Assembly (NCBI GenBank): GCA_964558395.1
Contig: CAZLDS010000009.1
Coordinates: 6,494-70,493 of the forward strand
Length of the DNA: 64,000 bases
Direction of reading: 5' to 3'
Source: an uncultured bacterium
GTDB taxonomy: Bacteria; Methylomirabilota; Methylomirabilia; Methylomirabilales; CSP1-5
Shown here: positions 30,888 through 41,200 of the stretch, piece after piece
How positions within the stretch are numbered: position 1 is the first letter of the stretch
Layout of the letters: the number at the start of each line of letters is the position of its first letter
Position numbers and translations under genes: made by a program
The notes under the pieces: generated by a model
The model's database searches: none
Told to the model about the DNA's origin: nothing
What the model saw: only the letters and a program-made list of their open reading frames with translations

Positions 30888-30975
30888 CGAATCAAGGGAT
30901 CTGTGAAGGATGGAACGAATGTTGAGCACGAGGGCGAAGGTGGCAAAGCCGAGGCGCGATAGAAGAGAGGGGCAA

Positions 30976-31413
30976 ATGGGAAAGTTGGCAGAGGAGGGGC
31001 CGGAATGTGTCTGCTTCAACATTCGCAAGGCGGCGCGCGCGGTTACCCAATTGTATGACGAGGTATTCCGGCCGACTGGACTACGAGCCACGCAGCTCTC
31101 CATGTTGACGGTCACGAATCGGCTGGGACCCATCACCGTGACTCGACTGGCGGAGGTGACAGTGACGGACCGCACCACATTGACACGAAACCTCAAGCTG
31201 CTCCAGAAGCGGGGCCTCATCCGGATCGAGCCAGGGAACGACCGGCGTGAGCGCGAGGTCACCCTGACGGACCGCGGCCGCACCGCGCTGGCTCGAGCGT
31301 ACCCGTTGTGGAGGGAGGTTCAGTCCCAGGTGGCCCGAGGTCTAGGGCCTGCGAGGTTGCGTCGCCTGTTGTCGGATCTGAGGGATACCGTAACCCTGAC
31401 ACAGGCGGGCTAA
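30976..31413 (+). CDS. MarR-family transcriptional regulator
   Basis: CVCFNIRKAARAVTQLYD, DRTTLTRNL, DRRER..LT..G; alternative start 30910. Confidence 0.93.
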   Translation: MGKLAEEGPECVCFNIRKAARAVTQLYDEVFRPTGLRATQLSMLTVTNRLGPITVTRLAEVTVTDRTTLTRNLKLLQKRGLIRIEPGNDRREREVTLTDRGRTALARAYPLWREVQSQVARGLGPARLRRLLSDLRDTVTLTQAG

Positions 31414-31475
31414 TTTTTTTGGCAGATATACGTGCATATACATATAAATTCTCCGAGTGTGGAAAGGAGACGGTG

Positions 31476-32819
31476 ATGGTACAGCTCAGCGAGCACCCGA
31501 CCGTGAGACAGTTCTACGAGAACGGCGCCTCGCGGATGCCTTCGACGCCCGCTGCAAGACTCGATGCGGACCAGCTCCGGAGGATCTGCCGGAAGGCGGG
31601 CGCGGACGACGTTGGCTTTGTCGAGATCGAGCGACCGGAGATCGCCGACCAGCGCGACGATATCCTGAGGTACTTTCCCCACACCAAGACCCTGATCAGT
31701 TTCGTCTGCCGGCTGACTCGCGAGCCCATTCGCAGTCCGGGCCGCTCCGTGGCCAACGTCGAGTTCCACCATACCGGGGACCACGTCAACGAGGTGGCCC
31801 ATACAATCGTTGCCATGCTTGAACGGCAAGGGGTTCGCGCCATCAACCCGGCCATGGGGTTTCCCATGGAGATGGACCGGTTCCCCGGCAAGATCTGGGT
31901 CGTCTCGCATAAGCCCGTGGCGGTTGCAGCCGGACTGGGTCACATGGGGATTCACCGGAACGTGATCCATCCAAGGTTTGGAAATTTCATCCTGCTGGGT
32001 ACGGTTCTGATGGAAGCAGAGGTTACTCGGTACGATCACCCCATCGACTACAATCCGTGCCTGGAGTGCAAGTTGTGCGTGTCCGCCTGTCCCGTTGGGG
32101 CCATAGGTGCCGATGGCTACTTCAATTTTTCGTCGTGTTACACACATAACTATCGCGAGTTCATGGGGGGATTTACGGACTGGGTGGAAAACGTTGCCGA
32201 CAGCCGGGATGCGTGGGATTACCGAAAGAAGGTGAGCGGGCCCGAATCGGTGTCCATGTGGCAGAGCCTCTCGTACGGCGCCAACTATAAAGCCGCGTAC
32301 TGCATGGCCGTGTGCCCCGCCGGAGAGGATGTCATCGGTCCGTTCCTCACGGATAGGAAACGCCATTTGGAGGACGTTGTCCGACCGCTACAGAACAAGA
32401 CGGAAACGGTCTATGTCGTTCCGGGATCCGATGCGGAAGCCCATGTGACCCGTCGGTTTCCCCACAAGAATCCCAAGCAGGTTGGGAACGGGCTCCGGCC
32501 GCAGTCAATTCGCGGATTCCTCGACGGATTCTCCCTGGTATTCCAGCGCCACGAGTCCGAGGGTCTCGATGCCACTTACCATTTCACGTTCACGGGTGAG
32601 GAGGAAGCAAAGGGGAGCGTGGTCATCCGCAATAAGACGCTCCAAGTGCACAATGGTCACGTCGGAACGGCGGATATCCATATCACCGCCGATAGCCGCA
32701 CCTGGCTCCAATTTCTGGCGAAGGAGAAAAACATTGTATGGGCTCTTCTCCTGGGAAAGATCCGCGTCAAGGGCCCCATCCGCTTGTTGAGGGCCTTCGG
32801 TCGCTGCTTCCCCTCGTAG
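31476..32819 (+). CDS. QueG/reductive-dehalogenase-like 4Fe-4S protein fused to a C-terminal SCP2 domain
   Basis: GADDVG, SHKPVAVAAGLG..G, HPRFG, CLECKLCVSACPVGAI, CMAVCP; C-terminal YHFTFTG...ADIHITAD...GKIRVKG. Confidence 0.85.
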   Translation: MVQLSEHPTVRQFYENGASRMPSTPAARLDADQLRRICRKAGADDVGFVEIERPEIADQRDDILRYFPHTKTLISFVCRLTREPIRSPGRSVANVEFHHTGDHVNEVAHTIVAMLERQGVRAINPAMGFPMEMDRFPGKIWVVSHKPVAVAAGLGHMGIHRNVIHPRFGNFILLGTVLMEAEVTRYDHPIDYNPCLECKLCVSACPVGAIGADGYFNFSSCYTHNYREFMGGFTDWVENVADSRDAWDYRKKVSGPESVSMWQSLSYGANYKAAYCMAVCPAGEDVIGPFLTDRKRHLEDVVRPLQNKTETVYVVPGSDAEAHVTRRFPHKNPKQVGNGLRPQSIRGFLDGFSLVFQRHESEGLDATYHFTFTGEEEAKGSVVIRNKTLQVHNGHVGTADIHITADSRTWLQFLAKEKNIVWALLLGKIRVKGPIRLLRAFGRCFPS

Positions 32820-32966
32820 TCTGAAGTCGGTGGACGTTGGGGAGGGAAGGCACCGGGTGCAGGAGAACAATCCACACATATGATCGGTTCAGGGCGCGTC
32901 AACCGATTTGGCAGTCTCGTTTCCGCGGAATCCTGTGATCCCTTCATGAGATAAGGAGGAACAATC

Positions 32967-33740
32967 ATGTCGGAGCCGACGTACACTATTTCCCCTCACA
33001 GCAGGGAGTTTGAGCCGAGTCCGCGGTGGGTGCGCGTCTATTTCAACAACCAGCTCATTGCTGATAGCAAAAACATGATGTTGCTCCGTGAAACCAACCA
33101 TCTGCCAATCTACTATTTCCCGAAACAAGATGTGCGGATGGACTGTCTGCAACCGAGTGACCATAGGACGCATTCTGATCACAAGGGCGACGGCGTCTTT
33201 TGGCACGTACAGGTCGGCAGCAAGATCGCGCAGGATGCCGCCTTCACCTTTCGGAACTCGCCGAGTAACGGCCCGAAGCTGGTAGACTTTGTTGCGTTCG
33301 CATGGGACAAGATGGATGCCTGGTTCGAAGAGAACGAGGAGGTCTTTTTTTACGCGCGCGATCCGTATAAACGGGTCGATGTAGTACAGAGCTCTCGTCA
33401 TATCAAGGTTGCGGTCGACGACATCACCATAGGAGAGACCAAACGGCCCTCGCTGTTGTTCGAGACGGGTTTGCCGACGCGGTACTACATGCCGAAACAC
33501 GACGTGCGCATGGACTTGCTGGAACGATCAGGAACAGTGTCGCGTTGCCCGTATAAAGGCGAGGCGAATCTCTACTCGATCAAGATCGGCGAAACACGGC
33601 ACGAGGGCCTCGCATGGATTTACCGCTATCCGACGGTGGAGTGTGCAAAAATCCAAGGACTGGTTGGCTTCCTCAACGAAAAGATTGACATGTACGAGGA
33701 TGGCAAAATGTTGCCTCGACCAAAGACAATTTGGTCATGA
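32967..33740 (+). CDS. Tandem DUF427-domain protein
   Basis: IYYFPKQDV..., RDPYKRVD, LFETGLPTRYY, CPYKGEA. Confidence 0.88.
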   Translation: MSEPTYTISPHSREFEPSPRWVRVYFNNQLIADSKNMMLLRETNHLPIYYFPKQDVRMDCLQPSDHRTHSDHKGDGVFWHVQVGSKIAQDAAFTFRNSPSNGPKLVDFVAFAWDKMDAWFEENEEVFFYARDPYKRVDVVQSSRHIKVAVDDITIGETKRPSLLFETGLPTRYYMPKHDVRMDLLERSGTVSRCPYKGEANLYSIKIGETRHEGLAWIYRYPTVECAKIQGLVGFLNEKIDMYEDGKMLPRPKTIWS

Positions 33741-33803
33741 GGGGTAGTATTTGCCGGGGCTCGAGCGAACGGGCAAAGAGTCGGAAAAGGGAGGAGCGCG
33801 AAC

Positions 33804-34574
33804 ATGACATACGACAATCTGCTCTATGAGATTGCTGATGGGGTTGCCACGATTACTGTGAATCGGCCCAAGGTGTTGAATGCCCTGAACCGTGCCACCA
33901 TAAGGGAGCTGGAAGCGGCCTTGACGGCGGCGCGGGACGACGCCAGCGTCCGGGTCGTGATCCTCACCGGTGCGGGCGACAAAGCGTTTATCGCCGGGGC
34001 TGATGTCAGCGAGCTTCACGAGTTGCCCGCAAGCGGGGCTTTGTGGGGGCGGCACGCCCTTCCCACGTTGATTCTGGGCCTCGGCAAGCCCGTGATCGCC
34101 GCCGTGAATGGCTACTGCTTCGGCGGCGGCTTCGAGCTGGTCTATGCTTGCACCCCGGCCTACGCGGCCGAAGGGGCCAAGTTCGCGCAGCCCGAGGTTA
34201 ACCTGGGCCTCAACCCCTTATGGGGCGCCACCCAGCAGCTGCCATCCCTCGTAGGAAAAAAGAAGGCCATGGAACTGTTGCTCTTCGGGGAGATGTTCGA
34301 TGCCGCCGAGGCCCTGCAACTGGGGATCGTCAACGGCGTGGTGTCGGGCAAAGAGTTGATGTCTGCAGTGCGGTCGGTGGCCACCGACCTGGCAACCAAG
34401 GCGCCGATAGCCATGAAAGTCATCATGGAGTGCGTCCGGCAGGCTGGCGACGTGACCCTGGAGCAAGGGATGGATTTTGAAGCCAAGAACTTTGGGGTCT
34501 TGCGGGACACCGAGGACTTCGTTGAGGGCACAAAGGCCTTCCTGGAAAAGCGCCGGCCCCAGTTTCGCGGTTGA
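33804..34574 (+). CDS. Enoyl-CoA hydratase/isomerase (crotonase family)
   Basis: NRPKVLNALN, AFIAGAD, KPVIAAVNG, GGGFE, QPEVNLG, AFLEKRRP. Confidence 0.95.
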   Translation: MTYDNLLYEIADGVATITVNRPKVLNALNRATIRELEAALTAARDDASVRVVILTGAGDKAFIAGADVSELHELPASGALWGRHALPTLILGLGKPVIAAVNGYCFGGGFELVYACTPAYAAEGAKFAQPEVNLGLNPLWGATQQLPSLVGKKKAMELLLFGEMFDAAEALQLGIVNGVVSGKELMSAVRSVATDLATKAPIAMKVIMECVRQAGDVTLEQGMDFEAKNFGVLRDTEDFVEGTKAFLEKRRPQFRG

Positions 34575-34693
34575 TGACTCCCGCAAGGGCTCCCGCTGTA
34601 ACCTTTGTGGGCCATTCTGCATCTAACGGGATGCGGGAAGACACAGAACCAGGTAGAGGGAATCACAGACATCGAGCAAGACGGGAGGAAACC

Positions 34694-34858
34694 GTGAAAC
34701 TCTGGTACGTGATGTTTATCCTCAGTTTCATCACAATATACGGGACCTTGGGCCTCTTGGTCTTGGGGAGCGTGGTGTACGAGAAGGTCAGGACCTCGAG
34801 GGACAACCATCGTCCAAAACCGCTCGGGAGAGGCACGCCCGGCCCATGTGCATGTTGA
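34694..34858 (+). CDS. 54-aa single-TM small protein
   Basis: GGAGG RBS with GTG start; hydrophobic stretch LWYVMFILSFITIYGTLGLLVLGSVVY. Confidence 0.5.
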   Translation: MKLWYVMFILSFITIYGTLGLLVLGSVVYEKVRTSRDNHRPKPLGRGTPGPCAC

Positions 34859-34911
34859 AGATCATATAGGCGAACCGATCTCTTTTTTGTGAATAGAGGG
34901 AGGAACATCCT

Positions 34912-34980
34912 ATGGGGATGACCATAGTGCTGTGGCTACTCGCGGTGCTGCTGATCGCCTCATGGGTCGGCGAGAGCTAA
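34912..34980 (+). CDS. 22-aa hydrophobic peptide
   Basis: GGGAGG RBS; MGMTIVLWLLAVLLIASWVGES. Confidence 0.4.
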   Translation: MGMTIVLWLLAVLLIASWVGES

Positions 34981-35017
34981 CGGAAAGGACGCGCTCTAAA
35001 ATCAGGAGGAGAGAATC

Positions 35018-35359
35018 ATGGCAAGTGACACCACGTATGTGACGCTGACGAAAGATAGCTTCGATAGCGAAGTACTGAAGAGTACCGAGCCAGTGTTGGT
35101 GGATTTTTGGGCAGAGTGGTGCGGCCCGTGTCATCAGATTGCCGCGACCATTGAAGAACTGGCGGCGGAGTTCGAAGGCCGCGCCAAAGTGGGCAAGCTG
35201 AATGTAGACGACAATGCGCCCCTAGCCGCCCAGTATGGCATTTGGTCGATCCCGTCGCTGCTCCTCTTCAAGGATGGTCAGGTGGTGGATCAGGTCATCG
35301 GCGTGGTGCCAAAGCGGGTGCTGGCTGACAAGCTTGATGGCCTCCTGCGCCCAGCGTAA
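35018..35359 (+). CDS. trxA: Thioredoxin
   Basis: [23 protein letters not shown]. Confidence 0.96.
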   Translation: MASDTTYVTLTKDSFDSEVLKSTEPVLVDFWAEWCGPCHQIAATIEELAAEFEGRAKVGKLNVDDNAPLAAQYGIWSIPSLLLFKDGQVVDQVIGVVPKRVLADKLDGLLRPA

Positions 35360-35558
35360 AGCATGGAGCAGGATAGATATTCTGCAAATGGGGCCGTGAT
35401 CTATCGGCTTTCGAAGGCGTGGCCTTTTCTCATGCCAAGCATCGATCCCTGGTCATTGGCGGGACACCCCGACCGGTCGAGCGGAGGGTATTGATATACT
35501 ATAGTGACTGCTCGGGATGCCCTCAGCAATGGAGTCCACCAAAGGAGGCTGAACCTTA

Positions 35559-36593
35559 ATGACTGAAGCGACGGAGCGTTTAGTGAGACTTTTGGCGGGC
35601 GGGCAGGTGCAGCCCGGCGGCAATGGAGACTTGGGTCGGCCTGTTCGTCCGGACAGGGACGAAGATCCGCTCGACGCGTATTCCCGTGCCGTCGTCGGGG
35701 TGGTGGAGAAGGTCGGTCCTGCGGTGGTCAGTATCGGGGTGAAGAAGCGCGTCCGCTCGCCGCGCTTCGGTCAGGAGGGGGCGGGGTCGGGTGTCATCCT
35801 CGCCTCGGACGGCTTCGTGCTCACAAACCACCACGTGGTCGAGGGGGCGGAAGATGTCCAGGTGCACCTCACGGACGGGCGGAGCTTCTCGGCCCACCTG
35901 GTGGGGAGCGATCCGGCAACCGACCTGGCTGTCGTCCGCGCCGAGGCGAGCAACCTGCCGGCGGCAGAGTTGGGGAGTTCTGATTCGCTGCGGGTGGGTC
36001 AGTTGGTCATCGCGATCGGCAATCCGCTCGGATTCCAAAGCACGGTCTCGACCGGGGTCATTTCCGCCCTTGGTCGGGCCCTCCGCAGCCAGTCCGGCCG
36101 GCTGATCGAGAATGTGATTCAGACGGATGTAGCACTGAATCCGGGGAACTCCGGGGGGCCGCTGGTGGACAGCCGGGGACATGTGATCGGCATCAATACG
36201 GCGATGATCTTCATGGCCCAGGGCATCAGTTTCGCAGTCCCGGTAAATACAGTGAAGTGGGTGGTAGGCGAGTTGGTTAGACGCGGGAAAGTCCGGCGCG
36301 CCTATCTGGGGATTGCCGGACAGGTCCGACCGATTGGTCGCCGGGTCCAGCGCCATTTGGACTTGCAGATTTCCATGGGTGTTGAAGTCGTTTTGGTGGA
36401 GGACCGGGGCCCGGCGAATCAGGCCGGAGTCCGCGAGGGGGACCTGATCCTCAGTGTGAACGGAAAGAGTGTCGGCAGCGTGGACGACGTCCATCGTCTT
36501 CTGACGGGCTGGCCAGCCGGCTCGCCCCTCGGCCTGACGATTCTCCGAAACGGCGATCGTCTCCACGTGCAAGTCATCCCCGGCGAAATGTAA
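35559..36593 (+). CDS. HtrA/DegP-like trypsin protease with one PDZ domain, no evident signal peptide
   Basis: GSGV, LTNHHVV, DLAVV, NPGNSGGPL, C-terminal PDZ. Confidence 0.93.
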   Translation: MTEATERLVRLLAGGQVQPGGNGDLGRPVRPDRDEDPLDAYSRAVVGVVEKVGPAVVSIGVKKRVRSPRFGQEGAGSGVILASDGFVLTNHHVVEGAEDVQVHLTDGRSFSAHLVGSDPATDLAVVRAEASNLPAAELGSSDSLRVGQLVIAIGNPLGFQSTVSTGVISALGRALRSQSGRLIENVIQTDVALNPGNSGGPLVDSRGHVIGINTAMIFMAQGISFAVPVNTVKWVVGELVRRGKVRRAYLGIAGQVRPIGRRVQRHLDLQISMGVEVVLVEDRGPANQAGVREGDLILSVNGKSVGSVDDVHRLLTGWPAGSPLGLTILRNGDRLHVQVIPGEM

Positions 36594-36620
36594 CTGGTGT
36601 CGTGGCGCGGGCGGGGGACT

Positions 36621-37559
36621 GTGGGGAAACGGTACGTCGAACTGATCGTGACCGCCACGCCCGAGACGGTGGAGGCGTGCGCTGATTTCCTCTTTGGCGA
36701 GGGGGCCCTTGGCCTCGTCTTGGAGGATCCCTCCGACGGCGCAGCGGAAATCCTCATCCGCGCGAGCTTCCCTGGACGCTCGCCCATTGATCCAATCCTC
36801 AATCGACTGACGGCATATCAGCAGGCTCTCGCGGCGCTCGACTTTCCCGGTGCAGTGGGGCGGATTGAGGTCCGCGAGATACCTCCCGCCGACTGGGCGC
36901 AAAGTTGGAAGGCGCACTTCAAGCCTCTTGCCGTCGGCAAACGCCTGATCATTGCTCCGCCCTGGGATGGCGGCCCGTTTCCGGAGGATCGATTGCTGAT
37001 CCGGATCAACCCTGGGATGAGTTTCGGTACGGGCCATCACGCCACAACGCGGATGTGTCTCGAAGCACTCGAGGCCTTCATCGCGCAGTGGGCGGAGACC
37101 AGGGGACCCGAAGTGCTAGACGTGGGGACGGGGGCCGGGATCCTGGCGATTGCTGGAGCAGTGCTCGGGGCGGAGTCCGTCGTCGCCATCGATACCGACC
37201 CCGAGGCGTGCGAGGCGGCAGCACGCAACGTGTCCCTCAACAAGGTGCAGGACCGGCTCCGGATCTCCCATGCAGGGGTTGAGAGTATCGATCCTGAGAC
37301 GCGGTTCGACTTGGCCGTTGCGAACCTCGATGCGAAGACCCTCAGTGCACTTTTGACGCCCCTCTCGACCCTTCTTCGCCCCCAGGGTCGGCTGATCGCT
37401 TCAGGACTCCTGGCAGAGGAGGAGGAGGCAGTCGCCGCCACGGCCCGAGCCTGCCGGCTTGACGTCACGGCGACCCAATCGGATGGCGAGTGGGTCTGTC
37501 TGCTGTTGAGGTCCAGCCGGTCGGAAAGTGTCCCCCCCGAAAAAGCAAGCGCCGCCTGA
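36621..37559 (+). CDS. prmA: Ribosomal protein L11 methyltransferase
   Basis: DWAQSWKAHF, INPGMSFGTGHHATT, LDVGTGAGILAI. Confidence 0.93.
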   Translation: MGKRYVELIVTATPETVEACADFLFGEGALGLVLEDPSDGAAEILIRASFPGRSPIDPILNRLTAYQQALAALDFPGAVGRIEVREIPPADWAQSWKAHFKPLAVGKRLIIAPPWDGGPFPEDRLLIRINPGMSFGTGHHATTRMCLEALEAFIAQWAETRGPEVLDVGTGAGILAIAGAVLGAESVVAIDTDPEACEAAARNVSLNKVQDRLRISHAGVESIDPETRFDLAVANLDAKTLSALLTPLSTLLRPQGRLIASGLLAEEEEAVAATARACRLDVTATQSDGEWVCLLLRSSRSESVPPEKASAA

Positions 37560-37603
37560 CGCGTGGTCAAGCGGCGCTTGCGGCAAGTATCAAAGGGACT
37601 CGC

Positions 37604-38071
37604 TTACTTTGCCTCACCGGCCTTGACGTCGATCGCGACCTTCTTCGCGGCGAGGGCCTTTTTCAGAGGCACCGTGACCTCCAGGAAGCCCTTGTCATAC
37701 CGGGCATTGATCTTCTCGGTGTCGGCCCCCTCGGGGAGCATCACGGTCCGTTCGAACCGGCCATGGGCGATCTCACGCAGATAGTAGCCTGCTTCCTTCT
37801 TCTCTTCAGTGGTCTTTCGCTCGCCCTTGATCGTCAGCCGATTCTCAACCACGGACACGTCGACGTCCTTCGGATCGATCCCGGGCAGCTCGGCGCGGAC
37901 ATGGAACTGGCCGTCTTCAGCATAAGCCTCAATGGCCGGGACAAACCTTTCATTGATCTCCGGCCGCGGCCACCAATCGCGCCCAGTGAAAAAGCGATCG
38001 AAGAGCCGATCGAGATCCCGGTGAAGCGTGGTCATCCCCTCAAACGGATACCATCGACGAACGGGTAACAT
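37604..38071 (-). CDS. Hsp20/alpha-crystallin small heat shock protein
   Basis: AELPGIDPKDV, GRFERTVMLP, ARYDKGFLEVTVP. Confidence 0.95.
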   Translation of the reverse strand: MLPVRRWYPFEGMTTLHRDLDRLFDRFFTGRDWWPRPEINERFVPAIEAYAEDGQFHVRAELPGIDPKDVDVSVVENRLTIKGERKTTEEKKEAGYYLREIAHGRFERTVMLPEGADTEKINARYDKGFLEVTVPLKKALAAKKVAIDVKAGEAK

Positions 38072-38143
38072 CGCCTCATCACCTCCTCTGTCTCATTTCG
38101 ACCGCGTACACCTCCGCGCGGCCGTCCGCTTCTTTCACCTAAT

Positions 38144-38208
38144 AGTATAGTCGAATTTCAAATTTTGTCAAGTTGTGTGAAGATAATCTTAGTAGTATAG
38201 ACTAAGAT
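38144..38208 (-). promoter_or_regulatory. hsp20 promoter and HAIR-like inverted repeat
   Basis: TTGACA-N16-TATACT (38171 to 38144); ATCTTAGT-N7-ACTAAGAT (38186-38208). Confidence 0.6.
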
Positions 38209-38285
38209 ATCATACAAAACCTTTTTTTTCAATGGATTATGGTGCATGGTGAATGACTTCTCCGTAGGCTAGGAGGGCACGGGGA

Positions 38286-41200
38286 CTAGAGGAGTTTCTC
38301 GGGCCTTTTGAGGGGCGGCTCAGGGGCAACAGGGAGGCCAAGCCTGCGGCGAGTGAACATCTTCAGATCGTCGAGCATGGCGTAGAGACAGGGGATCAGT
38401 ATGAGCGTTAGAATGGTGGCAAAGCTGAGCCCCCAGACAACTGAGATGGCCATGGGCGAGAGGAACTTGGCCTGGCCGGTCGAGAAGAAGGCGAGTGGGA
38501 TCAAGCCTCCCACCGTGGTGAGCGTGGTCAGCAGCACCGGGCGCAAGCGGGCCGTTCCGGACGCGAGGATTGCTTCGTCTCGGGACATCCCGGCTTCTCG
38601 TGATCGGTTAATAAAGTCGACCAGGATCAGGGAGTCGTTCACGACTACGCCGACCAGCGCCACCAAACCCATCACCGAGAGGAAGCTCAACGGCTCGTTC
38701 ATGAGCAGATGGCCGATCACGACCCCGTCCAAGGCGAACGGAATAGCGGCCATCACCATCAAGGGCTGGATGAACGATCGAAAGAGCGACCCCAGGATGA
38801 AGTAAATCAGCATAAAGGCGATGAGAGAAACCTTCGGCAGCGCAGCGAGGGACTCTTCCGCTTCCTGCCGCTCGCCCTTGATCACGACACGGTAGCCCGG
38901 GAACTGGCTCCCCACATCGGCGAACTTTTTCTTCAGCTGTTGGGTGACCTGGAAGGCATTTGCCTTCCGGGTGTCCACGTCGGCCAAGACGGTAATGGTT
39001 CTCTTTTGGTCGTCACGCCGGATCTTGCTGGTGCCGATCCCTGTTTCCAAGCGGGCGACGTCGCGCAGGAATACCTTCTCCCCGGAGGGCAGGGTGAGTT
39101 TCATCCCCGCCACCGTCTCCAGGCTACGGCGCGATGCTTGCGGGAAGCGAACAACGATCGGCACGTCCTCGTCCCGCCGCTGGATCGTGGAGGCCTCCAC
39201 CCCGAGCAACGCCTGCTGGACCTGGCGCGCAATCTGCCCCAAGTCCAGGCCGAGCGCGCGGGCTTCAGGCAAGAGGGTGATCTGGAGTTCCTCTTTCCCT
39301 TCCGTGAAATCGTCACGTACGTCTTCGACGCCTGGAATGCCCCCGAGGAACGCCTTAACGTCAGCGGCTAATTGACGGAGGACGGGGATATCGTTGCCTA
39401 CGACCCGGGCCTCGATGGCCGGGCCCCCCGGGCCGGCCTGTGTCTTGAGGAACTGAATTTTCGTCATCCCAGGAATCCCCGCCATACCCGCACGGAGATC
39501 GACAATCACGTCATCGGTGCTCCGTTCGCGATCCTCCTCGAGCTCGACTAGCAATTGCCCCAGATTCGGACCCCGCTCCGCCCGGTTGACGTCCAGAAAA
39601 GCGACGCCCACGTTGGTCGCGACCGATCGCAACTCTCCCGGGGGCAGATTCAACACAACCTGCTCCGCCCGCTTGGCCACCTCCAGCGTATCCTCAATCT
39701 TCGCCCCCGACCAGGTTTCAAAGTTGACGAGGAACTGCGAGGATTCGAACTGCCGGAAGAGGACGAAGGGGATTCGGTACCAGGCCGTGGCCGCGAGGAG
39801 AATGGTGGCGCACAGGAGGAATACCGTGGTCACAGCACGCCACCGGAGTGTCGTCTGGAGCAGGCGGTGGTAGACGTCGCGGAGCTCTGTCAACCAGGGG
39901 AGTTCACGGCGGCGAACGCCTTGGGCATAGGTAGGGGTGATGACGTCCGAGAGGTGAGAGGGGAGGACCACCAGCGCCTCGAGGAGGGACGCGAGGAGGG
40001 CGAAGCTGACTACGATCGGGATGTGAGACATAAAAACGCCCATGGTTCCCGGGATGAGGAGGAGGGGAAGAAAGGCGGCAACCGTCGTCGTCACGGTGGC
40101 CACGACCGGCCAGGCGACCTCCGTCGTCCCTTGAACCGCTGCTTGCTGGGGGTCCATGCCCTCTTCAACGTGGCGGTAGACGTTTTCGGTCACCACGATC
40201 GCGTCGTCGACGAGCAGCCCGAGTACGAGAATCAGGCTAAAGAGTGAGACCATATTGAGGCTGATCCCGTATATCGACATGAAGACGAGGCCACCGAGCA
40301 TCGCGAAGGGGATGCCCAGCCCCGTCAGAAAGGCGAGCCGAGGCCGCACGAAGATCCAGAGGGTCATGAGGACGATGGTCAGCCCGATGGCGCCGCTCAG
40401 GCGGAGCGTGTTGAGGCGGTTGCGGATGAAGACTGAGAAGTCGTTGAAGACGCCGATGGTCACCGTCTCGGGTAACTGTTTCCGGACGGCGTCGACCAGG
40501 GCACGCACCGAGGCCGCGATGTCGATGGCGTCTCCGGTGCGCTCCTTGGTGACCACCAGGTTGATACCCGGACGCCCTCCCCAGCGGCCGATCGTGACGG
40601 GCTCTTCGAAGGTCTCCCGGACCGTCGCCACGTCCCCCACAGTGAGGGGGGTTCCGGTGGCGACACTCCGCAGAATGATCTGCTCGACCTCCGGGGCTCC
40701 CGCCACCTCGCCCAGCGTGCGGACGAGGATCTCGCCGCGGGCGGTCTTCATGGTCCCCCCAGGCACGTTCCGATTATGAGCGGCGATGGCCGCCCGAACA
40801 TCGTCCAGGCTCAATCGGTATTGGTCGAGTCGCGCGGGGTCCACCTCGACCCAGATCTGCCGCTCGCGCGTCCCCAGTATCTGAACCGCGGCGACCCCTG
40901 GGATGCGGCGCAGGTCGTCCTTGAGATCTTTGGCCATGTCCCGGAGCGTCGCCTCGTCAATATCACCCGCGAGTGAGACGGTGATCACCGGGAACGTCGA
41001 CTTGACTTCGCGGACCTCGGGGTCTTCGGCCCCGACCGGCAGGTTGGTGACGTTGTCCAGGGCGGCGCGGACGTCGCTGAGAGCCCGGTTCATGTCGGCC
41101 TCCGGTTGAAATTTGAGCGTGATCTCGGACCGCCCCTCCTGTGAGACCGACAAGAGTTCGTCCAAATCGTCGAGGTCCGCGACCTCCTCCTCGATCGGGG

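Noticed and set aside
38186-38208. CIRCE element
   Set aside because: It does not match TTAGCACTC-N9-GAGTGCTAA in sequence or spacing
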